Shown: in pieces, positions 61,686-64,000 of the stretch
Layout of the letters: every line of letters starts with the position of its first letter
Position numbering within the stretch: the stretch's first letter is position 1
From: Octopus sinensis
Lineage: Eukaryota
Direction: 5' to 3'
DNA: 64,000 nucleotides
Assembly (NCBI RefSeq): GCF_006345805.1
Contig: NC_043013.1
Location: 44,206,001-44,270,000 of the forward strand
Notes under the pieces: generated by a model
The model's database searches: none
Told to the model about the DNA's origin: nothing
What the model saw: only the letters and a program-made list of their open reading frames with translations
Made by a program: the position numbers and the translations under genes

Positions 61686-62558
61686 CTTTCAAGATTATCA
61701 TTTGTTGTTTTAAGGATGTTAAAACATAGCCTAGTATTTGACCATGCTGTGTACTTTCAGTCAATATAAGAAATCTATTAGTCTATTTGTAAACAGCAGA
61801 GTCAGAGTTGAAGGTTTTATGTACCATTTCTTCAGTCCTGAAGAATGAAGTGGTGGTGCTGGTGGTAATGATGATGATGGATAACTATTTGATACAATGT
61901 ATTGAGTACTCTTTGTTTCATAAAGTTTCAAATTTTGGTACAAGGCCAGCAATTTTTAGGGGAGTTGGGCAGTCAATTACATTGATCCCAGTGCTCAGCT
62001 GGTACTTTATTTTATCGATCCTTGAAGAACAAAAGGCAAAGTCAACATAGGGCAGAATCTGAACTCAGAATTAAAAGAGTAAGAAGAAATGCCACTAAGC
62101 ATTTTGTCAATCTGTCTGTCTGTATTTATCTGTATGTGTGTGTGTGTGTGTGCTTAGGTACGTGAGTATATGTGGTTCCAGATCTTATGAAATATGTCTC
62201 TGTTTATTAATTCTAAAGTGGCACCAAAGCCTAATGTTTTTCTTTCTCGGCTTTTGGGAGGTGACTGGATGGTGATGGGATTTTTTTTTTTAGCGGTGAG
62301 TTTTTCTTTTAGTATGACTGGTGATTGTGATGATGATGGTGGTGGTGGTGGGGGCTTGATGATAATGATGATGACTGAAATCTGTAAAGTAATAAAGGTG
62401 GAGTGGTGGTGGTGGTGGTGGTGGAGTTGTTTAAAAGTCAAGCATACTCCAATAAGTAAGTAACTAACTAAACAAACAAACAGATAAATAGATGGAGTCT
62501 GTAACTTTATCATCTGATTTTATTTATTCAACTAAGCAGAATAAACAACAGCAATGGC

Positions 62559-62606
<48 letters not shown>

Positions 62607-62952
62607 TATAATAATGACGGCGATGATGATAATAATAACAACCTTAATAATTATTAACACCATCATCATCATCTTTATTTGCAATGAGGTCTTTGCAAAG
62701 AAGGACCATTACAAAAATGAAACTTGAAAACCATAAAGAGCTGGGAGGAGCCCCAAATATATAAGGTATTAATATAAGTATAAATAAGTATAAATTAAAT
62801 TCTTTATTTTTACTGGACTGTTCGGGGTCATTCTGAATTACCACTCTTAAGGGTTTTAGTTGATTCTATGGAAACTGGTATTTATTTCAGTTTGGTTACA
62901 TATTTTAGTGGTGTCTATTTATAGAATGGCTAAGTTCACTTTGTTTTTTTAA

Positions 62953-63287
62953 CTCTTTTGTTACCAACCCGGCTGAAACCGCCTCTGGCTTTGTGGTACA
63001 AATGTCTTGTTTTCAAAAGTTCTGAATTAAAATCTTTCATCAAACTTTAGTCACAATTTATGTTCCTAACACAAGCTTAATGATAACTAAGTTATTTTAC
63101 TAAATTCTTTGTTACATTTAAAATTAATTGATGGAATAATTGAAATCTTCCACCAAACTTTAGTCACAATTTATGTTCCTAACACAAGCATAATAATAAC
63201 TAAGTTATTTTACTAAATTCTTTGTTATATTTAAAATTAATTGAAAGAAACTCAGAGCATCTCAACAGAAATATGGTTACAAAAGGG
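62953..63287 (-). mobile_element. piggyBac-type MITE family P1 with an internal ~113-bp tandem duplication
   Basis: TTAA at 62949-52 and 63288-91. caaactttagtcacaatttatgttcctaacacaagc occurs twice. Confidence 0.9.
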
Positions 63288-63464
63288 TTAACATAAAGGG
63301 CTGTATATGTGTATGCATTTTTCAGATTCCTGGATTTTCAGTTACATGGTACTTCATTATTATGTAAACTGCTAGTTGATTCCAGTTGGGGAGCTTACCG
63401 TGAAAGTTGTATGATTATTTGAATTCATATATTTTGTTACTCTTATACATATCTATATCATCAT

Positions 63465-63660
63465 CATCGTTTAATGTCTGCTTTCCATGACAGCATGGAT
63501 TGGACAGTTTGATAGGAGCCAGTCTGATAGAAGACTAACCCAGGCTACTGTGTCTGTTTTGGCACAGTTTTTATGACTGGATGCTCTTCCTAATACCAAC
63601 CACCTTACAGAGTAAACTGAGTGCTTTTTATGTGGCACCAGCACAGGCGAGGTCAGTTTT
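63465..63660 (-). mobile_element. Family D RTE-type 3' end, degenerate
   Basis: (cat)n tail plus ggatgctcttcctaataccaacc...gtgctttttatgtggcacc. Confidence 0.75.
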
Positions 63661-63679
63661 GGAATGGTATTTACAGCTG

Positions 63680-63911
63680 AAGGCGGCGAGCTGGCAGAAA
63701 CGTTAGCTCGTCGGGTGAAATGCGTAGCTGTATTTCATCTGGCATTATGTTCTGAGTTCAAATTCCGCCGAGGTCAACTTTACCTTTCATCCTTTCAGGG
63801 GGTCGATAAATTAAGTACCAGTTATGCACTGGAGTCGATGTAATCAACTTAATCTGTTTATCTGTCCTTGTTTGTCCCCTCTGTGTTTAGCCCCTAGTGG
63901 GCAATAAAGAA
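63680..63911 (+). mobile_element. SINE-B monomer
   Basis: aaggcggcgagctggcagaaacgttagc through gggcaataaagaaat. Confidence 0.92.
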
Positions 63912-64000
63912 ATATATATATATCAGATACATTGGATAATGTAGTCCTAGATAGATTATGTCCGAAAATAAGTCAGGTTCAGAATTCTTTTGTTCATAAT

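Overview
AT-rich, repeat-saturated eukaryotic DNA, most likely from a coleoid cephalopod (Octopus-like; inferred from the SINE families and the dense (TA)n/(CA)n tracts, not from a database match). I could not identify any intact protein-coding gene or confident host exon. Nearly all ORFs in the supplied track come from SINEs or microsatellites. The window contains: (1) dozens of tRNA-derived SINEs of at least four families, labelled A, B, C and E here, plus RTE-type 3' ends (family D); (2) two full-length but dead Tc1 elements (5304-6642, 19372-20602); (3) LINE relics (an R4-like RT at 53630-54340, an RTE ORF end, two CR1-group pieces); (4) piggyBac-type TTAA MITEs, hAT MITEs, Helentron-like elements and a Merlin-like MITE with an 8-bp TSD and a paralogous empty site; (5) several local duplications. 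The most interesting signal is a set of minimal type-I hammerhead-ribozyme motifs of Penelope-like type with non-canonical cores (2844-2911, 3395-3446, 23160-23197, 32752-32790). Two of these sit at the centre of long fold-back inverted repeats. A CpG-rich 534-nt segment bounded by splice signals (16726-17259) and a by-eye antisense bias of young SINEs hint that the window lies inside a long plus-strand transcription unit. All coordinates were read by eye, and the boundaries of degenerate repeats are approximate.
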